Shown here: one piece after another, positions 50,100 through 64,000 of the stretch
Numbering within the stretch: position 1 is the first letter of the stretch
Layout of the letters: every line of letters starts with the position of its first letter
Assembly: GCF_032191835.1 (NCBI RefSeq)
Contig: NC_083227.1
Coordinates: forward strand, 68,138,001-68,202,000
Source of the DNA: Heteronotia binoei
Lineage: Eukaryota
DNA length: 64,000 bases
Direction of reading: 5' to 3'
Notes under the pieces: model-generated
The model's database searches: none
The model's input: the letters and a program-made list of their open reading frames with translations, nothing else
What the model was told of the DNA's origin: nothing
Made by a program: the position numbers and the translations under genes

Positions 50100-50695
50100 A
50101 GCTAATTGAGGGAGTCCTCAGCCAATTGAGAGAAAGCCTTCCCTCCCCTCTCTTTCAGCCAATCATGAGAAGGTTTTCTCTATGGCTCTTTCCCTTCTCC
50201 ATCTCTCAGCCAGTCAAGGGAAGGCTTTCATTCTCTCCTCTGCAAAGCCAATGTGAGAGTAGGGAGAGGCAGCAACTGCCAGAACTAAGGTTGGTTGCCT
50301 TTGACTGACAGAATCAGCTTGGCTGGCTAGCAACAGCCACTCAGGTGGGAGAGAGAAGAGTCAACCAATGAGTTCTCCCTCAAAGGTCAGAATAGGACTT
50401 GAAAGGGCCTTCCCAACAAGCTTCTTCTGAGAGAACCAATCTTGGTTGCTTTTTACTGAGAGAAGCAAGATTAGTTGCCTAGCAGCAGCCACTGCCTAGC
50501 TGTTTCCCCAGAGGGCCAATCCTCGTCTGTCCTGGGGCCACCAGAGGGTGGGGGAGAGCAGAGTCAGTCAGTGTGACGCAAGAGCAGTTGATGGATGGTT
50601 TGACGGGCCAGAGGTTGATGCACCACAATCCAACCCATTCCCAGCCAATGAGGGAGCTCAGATTTGCCAAGACAAAAGAGTTATATATAAAAGAT
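50100..50695 (+). promoter_or_regulatory. CCAAT-box cluster ending in a TATA-like run (probably TE-derived)
   Basis: CCAAT at 50122, 50159, 50248, 50365, 50436, 50516 and 50645, all on +; TATATATAAAA at 50682-50692. Confidence 0.4.
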
Positions 50696-51243
50696 TATTA
50701 GGGTTGCCAGTATCTGGGTGGTAGCTGGAGATCTCCAGGAATTTCAGCTGGTCTCCAGGTTACAGAGATCATTGCTCCTGCAGGAAATGGCTACTTTGGA
50801 AGGTGGACTTTATGGCATTATACCCCACTGACGTCCCTGTCTCCTTCAGGCTCCACCCCTAAAATCCCCAAGTATTTCCCAACCCAGAGCTGACAAACCT
50901 ATCTATGGGGCTGCTCTTCAATGAAATTTGAGAAATTGAAGCTGCTTTCATTTCTTGGGAGGGTGGGGGGTGGAGGAGTGGAGCTTCAATTTGTATATTA
51001 CTGTTTCTTGTTCAGTTTGAAGGTTCTGGTGTTTTTGAAAATCATAAAAGCCCCCTGTGCCAGGCATAGTACATATTGCTTTCTGTCCCCTGCTGTAATC
51101 TGAGGAAGCTGCAGTTTTGGCCTCCTCCCTCTCTTCTTTTTTTGCTGAAAAGGGCCGACCTAGTGTTTATATTGGGCTGAGACAAAAGATTCAGCTAAAC
51201 TAAGAGGGTATAATGGCTTGCTGGTGGATCCCATTCTTTCCAA

Positions 51244-51516
51244 TAGGATTGCCAGGTCTTACCTGACTGCTGGTGGAGGACTTTTTCCATGCGGAGTAGT
51301 CACCATACATCACCATAGAGTTTTTTATCCAAATGCTAGAGCATCCCCCACATGACATGACTGGTTTGATGTCAGTTCTGGGTGTGTCATCACGCTGGGC
51401 ACATCAGGCAAGCTCTTCAGGGGTGGGGCTCCCCCTTCTGGCCATCTCCATGCCTGTGTGTTGGAGGCCCCTAACTGGGAGGAAACCCCACCTGGGGTGG
51501 GGAAATGGGAACCCTA
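51244..51516. mobile_element. TAGGGTTGCCA-family MITE (long variant, like 13169)
   Basis: TAGGATTGCCA / TGGGAACCCTA; TSD CTTTCCAA / CGTTCCAA. Confidence 0.8.
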
Positions 51517-52281
51517 CGTTCCAAGCTGCGTCCCAGGTTCATTCCTTACCTTCATTTAAGCAATCATGGGTAGCAGGGGAAAGACTTTTCTTTGTCTGAG
51601 ATCCTGCCAGTCAGAGCAGACAACACCAGTAGGTACACCAATAAATGACTAGCTATTAATGGAACAGTCTGGGTATGAGACAAGTTATTGTGTTAACTGT
51701 ACTGTAGGTTAGTGCTCCATACATTTTATATGCTTTTAGTCATGTGACTTTTTCAGATTGGTGTGCAACACTTTCAGTATTGTTAAGTTGAAAAATATTT
51801 CAATTTTGAACCATCTAACCCACATGTCCTATGGTAGTCTGCCAGCTGTCTTGAAAGGCTGCCAGAAAATGGTGTCCATTCTAGAATCTACTGCCACAAG
51901 TGACTGCTCCGTGGTTAAAGCAAAGCAGACCATTTTCCTGAATCAGAGAGAGCAACTATGTCATTTGAAAAAGTGAGGAAAGGAAATATTTCCCATGTTA
52001 ACAAGTAGTAGGAAATGGAAATCGCTATCCATTTCACTTGGATAAAAAGATGCTGTCTTAAAATATGAGAGCGCTCATATTCTGTTCTGCCAGGTGATTG
52101 TGCCCAGTGATTTTTTTTTCATTTAAACTGTGTCTGCCACCCCACAATGTAGTTTGTAGAAATGAAAGTTTCAATATCCTGTGGGATTTGCATATGCTCT
52201 CCAACTCTTTTTGGAGAGCTATGTTCTTTCCCACAGGGAAATATCAGAAACTTTGTGGTAGAACTGCTTATCATTTTATGT

Positions 52282-52483
52282 AGAGTCTGGTGTAGTGGTT
52301 AGAGTCTCTAGAGTAATACTGGGCTTCAGTTCCAATCCTCCTTGAATATGAAGCTGGAACTTGCAACCTGAGACAACTGAATACTCCTAGCCTAATTTAC
52401 CTCTGAGGAGTTATTGTGAAGATGAAGAAGAAAATCATGTATATCACTTGAGCTGGGAGAAGGGGCAATAGGCTGTAGTAAAC
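52282..52483 (+). mobile_element. Old tRNA/CORE (MIR-like) SINE
   Basis: A-box TGGTGTAGTGGTTAGAG head and a degraded CORE (CCTAATTTACCTC..GAGTTATTGTGAAGATGAA). Confidence 0.6.
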
Positions 52484-52495
52484 CACCCATTTTAA

Positions 52496-53900
52496 CCCTC
52501 CCAAGGAAAAAACACACAGCTATACTACTTTGGCATAGGGATCAAAGTGACACCCCATAACAGAAAAGAGCAATAGAAACCTTATAGCTTTCTCAGTCAT
52601 GGCATTACCTACTAAGAAAATCAGGCCTCAAGAATAATTTGCTTCAGAAATGCAAGACAAAGGAGAGTAAAATTTGGAATTGGTGTCAAAAATTCCCCAC
52701 TGAAAATGTCAGAACTCCACAAAAATATAAATAGGATCAAATTGACCCTACCATTTTTAAAACAGAAGACACTGTTGGGAATCAATAAAACTGTTGATTT
52801 TTCAGAAAACAATCATTTTTAACTCTTACAATATTGAAACTTAATGTGATAATAGTGGAACAACAAATAAGAACAATTAGCTCAAAAAACAGGTGGCCAG
52901 GGGTCACTGGTGAACAGTTCAGTGCACAGGTGACTATGGAGTCCCCTAGAGTACCTTTCCCCTGTAAAGTTGAGATAGTCAAATCAGAGGTTTGGAAAAT
53001 TTGAAGGTGAACAGTTCAGTGCAAAGGTCAACTCAGTGGACTGGTATGTCCCCACCCCAGATATGTAAAGTTGAGAAGATCACTCTGAAGCTTGCAAAAT
53101 TTGAAGGACAAGGGGAAGCAATTAGCTCAGAAAACAGGTGGCCAGGGGTCATCTAGAGTTCCAGGCTTCGTAGTTCCTTCAAAAGTCTGGAAAATGAGGT
53201 TCAGAGGGTAAGTCCAAACATGTCCAGGCTTATCCTGCTGGGGGATAGAATGACCTCATTTCCAAAATTGCAGCACAGTTCAGTTTGAACTTTTCCATGT
53301 GGCTTTGGCATGAGGGAAGCTTGAATAGAGCACTAACACAAGGCTTTTACCTGCTCCTACTATATACTCAACAATTCAGGTTGCGAAGACTGGTTTCATT
53401 GGGGGTTGTTGCAACCCCCAATTCTGAAAGTGGTGTAAAATCTCAAAACCAAAAAATGTCTATAAATAGAAATTATGAGATTTGTTTGTTTGTTGTCACT
53501 GCTTGCTCCACCATTCAATAAAAAGGAGCTAATACATGTTCGCAGGGCTTTTTTAATAGAAAAAAACTCAGCGGGAACTCATTTGCCTATTAGGTCACAC
53601 CCCCTGATGTCACAATTGTTTCACATAGGGCTTTTTATAGAAAAAGTTCAGCAAGAATTCATTAGCATATTAGGCCATACCCCCTGACACCAAGCCAGCC
53701 AGAACTACATTCCTGTGTGTTCCTGCTCAAAAAAAGCCCTGCATGTTCGTCCATCTTTTTAAACATGGGAACATTTTTTTCAGTATTTGTGGGGGGAAAT
53801 AGAAACCCCAGTAATGATTATGCATAATGCTTTCATTTTCAAGCCAAGTCTATTGGGGCCAGGTGGACCCCATTTACCATTTTGATAAAACTAAAAAAAA
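52496..53900. mobile_element. Possible decayed TTAA-targeting (piggyBac-like) non-autonomous element
   Basis: TTAA|CCCT start; GGGTCAAATTGACCC-like palindromes at ~52538, ~52734 and ~53855; internal direct repeats at 52874-53151. The right terminus is not resolved. Confidence 0.35.
53543..53741. mobile_element. CAGGGCTTTTT-family hAT MITE
   Basis: TIRs CAGGGCTTTTT / AAAAAGCCCTG; perfect TSD CATGTTCG. Confidence 0.92.
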
Positions 53901-54703
53901 AAAAAAAAGGCAGTGGGGAGGGAAGAGAGGGATTTCAGGGCAGTGTAGTTCATTGAGGAGAAGGCTCAACAGTTCCTCATCCCATATAATTTCTTGAGGC
54001 ATGGATGAAGGGTTTTTTTAACTTCTGAAAAATGGTTGCCTTTGCTATTTTTGTTTAATAACATCCAGATTGAGAGTCTTACATGTTTGTTAACTAATTT
54101 GTAGCTTTTTGTTCATTAAAAAGGGATCACCTTGTGAAGCTTGGTTTTTTAAAAAATTCTAATAGACCAACATGGCTGCATAGACCAATTAACTTGAAAG
54201 CTTTATATTTCTGACATTTTTAATTTCATTTACTTGCTTTGGGGGAGAACTGAAAACCCTACAAGACGAAGAAAAAAAACAGCTCCCATTATCTTATGAT
54301 GCTCTGCTGTGCCCTTCCCACCAAATGTCCCTCTCTCCTGCCTATGCACATGGAGCCCTATGACTTGTAGTTGTTGGTATGATAGACCATATCAAGCAGA
54401 GAAAAATCTGTCTCTCAGTCTCACATAGTCCTATTTTAACTGCTCAAGTGCACTCTTTATTTTAGAAAAGGACCTTAGAGCTGCACCAGGAAGCATAGCA
54501 GTTCAGAATAGAGTTCCCAGCCTCCCGCTGGGGATGGGGTTTCCCCAGTTTTGGGGCCCCAACCAGCACAGAACTGGCCACTGGGGGACCCCCACCACCA
54601 AAGAGCTCCATTGGCACCCAAATGCCTGGCACAATGTGCCGGCACAATGACATCAGTTCTGGGTGATGTCATTGCACTGGGCACTGCCAATACTGAGTGT
54701 TAC

Positions 54704-54878
54704 CATCGACCTGTTAAGTTCACTATTCTCTACTCTGACTGGCAGCAGGACTTCTGGGTCTCAGGAAGAGATCTTTCACATTGCCTACAACCTAATCCTT
54801 TTATTTGGAGGGGCTTGATGTCAAACCCAGGACCTTATGTGTGCAAAGTACGTAGTTGCTCTAGCACTTAGCCACAGC
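54704..54878 (-). mobile_element. tRNA-derived SINE (family of 47605)
   Basis: Shared CTCTGACTGGCAGCAG..TCTCAGG..CTTTCAC body and a degenerate tRNA head. Confidence 0.65.
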
Positions 54879-55146
54879 ACCTCTTCATAAGCAGGTTACT
54901 AATTTATCAATTACAGTAATGAATTACCTTTTAAATGAAAAATTATTAATGGCTTAGTAGTTACTGAGACGTCTCTGAAGCCAAATCCATATGGTGATTG
55001 TTTGCATTCTTACATATAGGACATGTTCAATATGTGTGACTGAGAATGTCTCTGGCATCTTCTGGATGAGCTTTCATTATAGCCGTAGAGTACCTGAACA
55101 GTAAATTCATAAAATTATACATGTTTCCTCATAGTTGAATGAGAAA

Positions 55147-55338
55147 TAGGGTTGCCAACTCTCACTTGGGAAATATCTGGAGATATGGGGAGTAGAGCCT
55201 AGGCAGGGCATGGTTTCAGGCATAATGCCATACAGCCCACCTTCCAAAGTTATTTTTTCCAGGGATACTGATCCCTGTCATCTGGAGAAAGGTTGTAATC
55301 CGAGATCTCCAGTCCCCACCAAGAAGTTGGCAAACCTA
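55147..55338. mobile_element. TAGGGTTGCCA-family MITE
   Basis: TAGGGTTGCCAAC / GTTGGCAAACCTA; perfect TSD ATGAGAAA. Confidence 0.9.
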
Positions 55339-56058
55339 ATGAGAAACAAAATAGCTCATTAAATCTTCTGCAAACATTTTTTCACCAATATGTCTGTCTT
55401 TGTTTGTTCATGGGCCAGAAACAGACAACCACTGACTTGTATTGTAGCTTCTTAGAAATTTACCAGATGGGTGTTCTAACCATGTGGAGTGTGCAGCATA
55501 AGTAGCATCTGGCCACACAGTAACCTCAACATTACCATATTACTGGAGGCTGCCCAAGATTGGCAGCTTGTATAGTTAGAGGGCGTCTATTTCTGTAAAT
55601 GGAGAAGCCAAGTCAAGAGTCGCAAAACAAAAGAACTTAAATGCTTGATTAAAAAAAGACATATTGGACCATTATATAAATAAATTTTCCAAATACATTA
55701 CTTAATTGCCTTTCCTCTGAACAGAGCATATCTTATGCAATTTGAGGGAATGAAAGGAATGATTGAAGCCAAGCTATAGCACTAGGGAGGATCTTTGAAA
55801 TAATAATTTAAAAAATCTGTATATACATATTTCAGTTTCAGCCCTTCATTTTGAAACTTTGACAGTTCTTACTCTTTGAAAGACTTTAGGAGGATTTGGT
55901 AACCACAACATAAATTTTATTTTTGCTACTTTAAAAAAAGCTTTTGTTCTGTTCTGTTTGTCATGCTTGACTTTAGACTTGAATTATTATTTTTTATGTA
56001 TGTGTGTGCATAGGTGTGTGTGTGTGTATACATACATACATACACACACACACATACA

Positions 56059-57226
56059 CAGGCCTCAGATTCAGCAGGAGCTCAAAAAAGCGCAGCTCCT
56101 GAACCTTTCTGAAGGTTCCCCCTCCTCTTTCCCTCCACCTACCTTGTCCATTAAATAGTAGGTACAACCGCATAAAAATCCCTGGATTAGGAGAGCGGGC
56201 AGCCAGCCAGCCACCAAGAGCTTTGCCATACCCCCAGCAGCCTTCATTAACCCCCGGAGAAGCCTGCACTTTCTCCACTTTTTGTGTGATTTTGGGCAGT
56301 GGGTGGCTTGCTGGCCTTTTGACTGGGGGGGGGGGGGGGGGGCTGCACATGAGAGCCCTAGGTGAGCAAGGTCACCTTGGGCTGGCTGGATCCCTAGCCA
56401 GCCCAAGCAGGCCTCACTCATGATAGATAGATAGATGATAGATGAATTTATTGTCATTGTTCTCAACAAAAAGAGAGCAACGAAATGAGGTGCTCTTCCA
56501 CAAACATACCAACACATCAAACACACATATTCATAAACCATTTAAATACATCTAAAACCATTAAACCATTTAAACCATTAAAACCATTTAAATACATCTA
56601 AAACGGATAAACATTCATAAAACCATTAAAACCATTAAATAAACATTCATAAAACCATTAAACATTCATAAAACCATTAAAACCATTTAAACCATTAAAT
56701 ACATCTAAAACAGATAATCCTTCATAACCCTGCATTTAACCTAACCACAGCACTTGGATAGAAACTGTCCTTAAATCTGTTTGTCCTAGCCTTCAACACT
56801 CTATATCGTCTACCTGACGGTAAGATCTCAAAAAGCAAATGGCCCAGATGTGTATGGTCCCTTAGGATCATTTGTATCTTCCTTTTACATGCCATATTAT
56901 ACAGATCCACCAATGAGGGGAGAGAACATCCACAAATCTTTTGTGCTCTTCTCGTCACTCTTTGGAGCACCCTTCTCTCTGCTTCCGTGCAGCTCCCAAA
57001 CCACGCGCAGAGGCAATAAGATAAAATGCTCTCAATGGAACTACGATAAAAGGCAACCAGCAGACTCCCTGACAGTTGTAGTGATCTTAAGAGTCTTAAG
57101 TAGTATAGTCGTTGCTGGGCCTTCATCTGGGGCTCTCCTTTCTTGCGTTGGGTTGCTTTTGGCTGGTGGAGGGGATGGCATATGCTAATGAGCTCCACCA
57201 CCTATTTTTCTACAAAACGACCTCTG
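56059..57226. mobile_element. CAGGCCTC...GACCCCTG-family MITE split by a Rex1-like LINE
   Basis: 56059-56421 and 57127-57226 together rebuild the 11431-type element, including its internal hairpin. Confidence 0.85.
56422..57126 (-). mobile_element. Rex1/Babar-clade LINE, 5'-truncated
   Basis: Stop-free KAQQRLYYLRLLR..FYRSSIESIL..AWFG..LQRV..AQKICG..LPSL..HLLFEILPSGRRYR..RTNRFKDSFYPSAV; tandem-repeat 3' UTR (56535-56710) and (CTAT)n tail. Confidence 0.85.
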
Positions 57227-57666
57227 TATATATATGTGTGTGTGTGTATTCTAAATAGAACAGTTTTTCATCAATTTTCCTTTATAACCTATGGGAATTG
57301 GTCTCCATGGGGAATAATGGAGTGCCCAGCAAACATCCCCCCCTCCCCCATTTTCTGATGACCCTGAAGTGGGGGGAGGGCCTCCAAACTGGGGGATTCC
57401 CTGCCCCCACTTGGAGACTGGCAACCTTAATGACACTTCAGTTGGAAAGGCTAGGCTCATTGGGAAGGTCCTTATTCCTCATGACGTATGTGAATTGTTT
57501 TGAGTGATAATTGCATGAAAATGAAAATACATACCTAAGAAAATGAGTAGATATTAAAATTTCTCTCATATAGAAAGGATGCAAAGTACTTTTACCATGA
57601 CACTGGAAACAATGCATGTTATGAGGTTTTAGAAATAGTGTTAATTTATATTTCTTTTCTTTTCAG

Positions 57667-60062
<2,396 letters not shown>

Positions 60063-60168
60063 CTCAGATGATATTTTGCTTCTGGTAGTAAGGAGCACAA
60101 AGACTTTTTTGCTTTATTCTGCAAAAGTGACAAGTTTCAAGACTTTTGTATTTTTTGACTTTGCTAGT

Positions 60169-60206
<38 letters not shown>

Positions 60207-60781
60207 ATTTTTTTAGTATAGCGTATCGCAATGGTTTTGACACACACAATGGCAGCTTCACCTAGCTTCCAGTTTCTTTTTAGTTGTGCTTAATTTAACA
60301 ATGCTGTTCTAACTATGGGGGGAGGGGAGGAAATGAAAGGTTGGGATTGCCCAGTGGTCTACAAGAAACATGACCCCTTTCTTCTGAAGCCATCAACAGA
60401 AAGTACAGTGTTCTGCAAAATCTGATACCAACTTGAAAATACATTAAACCAGCTTTGTCATAATCTGGTCTAAGGACTCTTAATAGAGATAAAATGACAA
60501 GATTTTGAACAATATTAGTTGGCTGTACTGTAATGTTGTATCAACTGATTTGAATGTTTGTTTTTTGTCTATGAACAATTTTTATTTTTCTTTCCTTTTT
60601 TAATAGTTGAGGAGGCTTAGGTAAAAGCTAATAAGGCAACTGAAATATGTATACTTTTTCCAATGTAACAAACTAAACGTTAATTGCTCTTTTATTATAT
60701 TTAGTAGAAACTTTTGAAGAAACTTAGAATTTTGTTCTGTGTAATCCACCAACACCTTGCATAGAATGAAGACAGAAGTAT

Positions 60782-60787
60782 AATAAA
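60782..60787 (+). terminator. LRRN1: Candidate LRRN1 polyadenylation signal
   Basis: AATAAA ~720 nt after the stop, followed by a U/GU-rich tract; a weaker ATTAAA lies at ~60443. Confidence 0.45.
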
Positions 60788-61071
60788 TTATAGTTTTTGT
60801 TCTATTTGGGTTTTTTAGAAGATTTGTGATAGTGTATCTCTTTAGCTGCATTATCAGCTTTAATTGGTGGTTATGGCTTGGCATAAAATATATCCAGACT
60901 TATATAAAATTGTGGATCTCTGGGTTAAATTAGATTTCATTTTTCCCCTTAAAAGATCAATTATAACAATTGTAAATTTTATTCACACTTTGTGTGTGTG
61001 TGTAAGAGAGAGTGAGTGAGTGTGTTGGGTAAAAATGTCCCTATGTCAAATCCAAAAATGTGTAGAAGAGG

Positions 61072-61324
61072 AGATTGGATTTATACCCCACTCTTCACTT
61101 GGAGTTTCAGAACAGCTTACAGTCTCCTTCCCCTCACCACAACAGACACCCTGTGAGGTAGGTGGGGCTAAGAGAGCTCTTTCAAGAACTGCTCTTGAGA
61201 GAACAGCTCTGGGAGAGTTATGACTGACGCAAGGTCACACTAGCAGCTGCATTTGGAGGAATGGGGTATCAAGCCCTTTTCTCCCAGATTAGAGTCCACA
61301 CTCCTATCCACTACACCAAACTGG
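61072..61324 (-). mobile_element. Near full-length tRNA/CORE SINE (Squam3-like)
   Basis: Head CCAGTTTGGTGTAGTGG, CORE block and L2-like tail; homologous to 16038-16268. Confidence 0.85.
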
Positions 61325-61342
61325 TGAACATATATACACACA

Positions 61343-61437
61343 CAGGGCTTTTTCTGAGTAGGAACGCAGTTCTGGCTGGCTTGGCATCAGAGGGTGTGGC
61401 TTAATATGCAAATGAGCATACTACCAAAAAAGCCCTG
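61343..61437. mobile_element. 95-bp CAGGGCTTTTT-family MITE
   Basis: 11-bp TIRs; TSD TACACACA / TACACACG. Confidence 0.85.
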
Positions 61438-61869
61438 TACACACGTACAAGTATATACTGTGCTTATGCTATGAGCAAGACTGCCCTTGTAGCAAATGGC
61501 TGCTGTCCTTACAGTAAGCAAAGAAGAAAGGAAGCATCCTAAATTGCTCAGAATACATACAAGATTGAACATGTATGACAAGGAACTTGAGATGTAAGTC
61601 TGGGATCCTGCAAAGTGTTAGCTTGCTTGTTGAAAAGGGCAAAGGTAATAAGCTAATTGGTTCTCATTACATTAGGCTGAATGTAATTATTTTTCTAATG
61701 TGGTGGACTAGAATGCCGACTCATGGATCGCAAAGGTGCCCTTTTGCCCAAGGAGCCGTAATGCATAGTGAAAAGGAGCTGAAGATTGTATTGCAAGAAA
61801 CCTAATGAAGGCTTTCTTCCTAGTAAGGCAGAGTTGTCTGAAATGTGAACGAAGTACAAAGGGTAGAAG

Positions 61870-62295
61870 AATTTTATGCCCCAAACAGATATCTTCCCCC
61901 TAGCAGTAACACCTCTATTTTGTTGGGATTAAGCTTCAGTTTGTTAACCCTCATCCATTGCAAAACTGCCTCCAAGCACTTGTTCTGTTTTCTCTCCCAG
62001 AAGCTATACCTAGAACTTGATGAGTATGGGGGACGATATAGAACCTTGTGAAATCCCAGAGGCCAAGGAGTTGGAGCAGCAATCCCCCAGCACCACACTA
62101 AAGCTACCAGAGAACAGTGCCTCCGAGTCCCAACCCTGAAAGGTAGTCCAGAAGACTATCATGATTGATGGTATCAAAAGCACCTGGGAAGTCCAGAAGC
62201 ATTAACAGGTTTGGACTCTCCATCTCCTGGTGCATGTCATCCACAAGGGTGACCAAGACTGTTTCAGTCCCATAAACAAGCCTGAAACCACTTGA
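61870..62295 (-). mobile_element. Decayed L2 RT fragment
   Basis: SGFR..GTETVLV..LLDF..AFDTINH and NKCLEAVLQWMRVNKLKLNPNKIEVLL. Confidence 0.75.
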
Positions 62296-62791
62296 AGCAA
62301 TCTTGTTTCATTCTAAAGTTGCTCAACCACCATTTGTTCAATTACCTTGCTCAAGGATTGTACATTTGAGACTGGACAGTAAGTGTTCAGCTCTCCTGGG
62401 TCCACAGTAGATTTCTTTTAGATTGGACTTGGGCTTGCCAGCCCCCAGGTCTGGACAGGGGGTACCCCAATTTTGCAAGCTCCACCCCACCACTAGCCAG
62501 CTGGCCGGTGGAAGGAAGCCCCACCCCAACAGCCAGAATGTGCCTTTCGATCTCAGCAGGTTTAGAAAAAGCCAGCAAACTTTTTGTGTTTTGGAGTGTG
62601 TGTGTGTGCCTTTAAATCTCAGCAGGATGCAAAAGGTGCATCGGGTGGGACAAGCAGGCAGAGCCATGTGGCTCTTCCTGGTGAATGTGTATGAGAGGAA
62701 GACAGCATAATCCCTGCATTCATTTCAGAAGTGGTTTGTATAGTTAAATTGATAATAAAGAGTTAACTGGAGCCTGATTATGAGATGGAGG

Positions 62792-63410
62792 CAGGCCCGT
62801 AGCCAGAAATTTTAAGTGGGGAGGGCCCAGGGGATAAAATTTTAGGTGGGGAGGTATAGGGCTTGGGTGCTTCTTCCTTCCCATGCACAGCCCAGCCCCA
62901 GCAGCAGGAGCCACCAAACGGAGAAGTGGCTTCCCTTCCCCCTTCCATTTGGTGCCAAAAGGCTACAGCACCGAGGTAACAACCCCACCCTTCATCCAAA
63001 ATTGTGTGCCTGCCACTCTCTGCTCCCTGCCCCACAGCATCCTCCACTTCTGTTGCCAGGCTCAGTGACCCCAGCCCAAGCCTTTGTCAACTTGCTGGCT
63101 CACATAAGCTTTCCCACAGGTGCTGGCAGGAGCTGGGGAAGTACTGCAGCAGGCAATGTTTGGTGACATCAGTGGGTGCACGTGGTTCAGACTCCAAGTC
63201 TTTAAAACAGCATGTAAACTGAGATGCTGCCACAGAGAGCAGCGTGCCAGCAGTGCCACAAGGTCCATGGGCAGGTGTGGTGGCCAAGATGGCAGCCTTC
63301 CCCCTTCCACATGCCACACCAATTATTTTCTTGACTCACCCACCCACCGTCTCTCTCAGGGTTGAATGGAGTGGCCTGGCCCCCCAGGCCCCACCATAGC
63401 TGTGGGCCTG
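62792..63410. mobile_element. GC-rich hAT non-autonomous element (619 bp)
   Basis: TIRs CAGGCCCGTAGC / GCTGTGGGCCTG; perfect TSD GATGGAGG. Confidence 0.88.
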
Positions 63411-63724
63411 GATGGAGGAAAACCCCTTGACCCCTTGAGTAGACCTCTCTCCTTTTTCCCCTGTGTTAAGTCTGAAGAAATTGATGGAAATGCAACAGGT
63501 TGTTACATTCAGCGACTCATATGACTAAAGTCCCAGTGAGATCACAAAAGTGAGGGCTTGCAAACTGTTTATTTTGGCTGCTTTGTGAGTGTGTGTGTGT
63601 TCACTTTCATTTAGTAGGAGTGCTGCTGTTGGGAGGCGAGAAAATGAAGACTGTATTTAGGGAATGGGAGTCTCCAGGCTCCACCACATCACTCAAACAA
63701 GGACAACAGTGCTACTGAGCCACT

Positions 63725-63780
63725 TGTGGGAAGGGCGGGATATAAATTCTAAATAAATAAATAAATTCTAAATAAATACT
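63725..63780 (+). mobile_element. L2-type 3' tail remnant
   Basis: GGGAAGGGCGGGATATAAAT followed by (TAAA)n; a similar tail lies at ~2750-2790. Confidence 0.6.
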
Positions 63781-64000
63781 GCAGAGGCAGGCAAGAAAAT
63801 CTACCAAGTAGAACTGCGGAGAGAAATGCATTGAATTGTACTCTTCAAAAAACTCATCTCATAAGTGATATTCAAAAGATATGAGGGTACTGTGTAGGTT
63901 GGTCCTTTAAAAAAACTCCTATAGCTTGATGTATTGCCTCATCATTTTGGGACTCCTCTATGTCAATTAATCTTTGTGTGATTAGAGCTTTTGCTTTGTT

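Noticed and set aside
52282-52340. tRNA genes here and at the other SINE heads
   Set aside because: Only A/B-box remnants; no cloverleaf; each is followed by a SINE body.
266-56342. Frequent 10-19-nt G/C homopolymers as a G-quadruplex system
   Set aside because: Most lie inside TEs, and such runs are prone to slippage and assembly error; no positional pattern is evident.

Overview
Vertebrate genomic DNA, most likely a squamate reptile (gecko-like; inferred from the repeat content). The window holds one protein-coding gene, LRRN1 (+ strand). It has a CpG-island promoter with a non-coding first exon (donor at 24483), an intron of about 33 kb, and one coding exon (acceptor at 57666; CDS 57912-60062, 716 aa). 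The rest is a dense, nested transposon landscape: hAT-type MITEs with verifiable 8-bp TSDs; BovB/RTE, L2, CR1, L1 and Rex1/Babar LINE fragments; tRNA- and 5S-derived SINEs; a decayed PIF/Harbinger transposase with TTA TSDs; a solo LTR; and a Penelope-like palindrome. I found no clearly new multi-gene system. The best leads are: (i) an inverted pair of minimal hammerhead-ribozyme motifs about 3.3 kb upstream of LRRN1; (ii) a tandem array of 40-bp palindromes with arm-to-arm compensatory changes inside a MER1-like hAT; (iii) a uORF-rich, possibly alternatively spliced LRRN1 5' leader; and (iv) promoter-like cassettes (solo LTR, intronic CCAAT cluster). All alignments and coordinates were done by eye. 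Repeat family names come from recalled consensus features and need RepeatMasker/Dfam confirmation.
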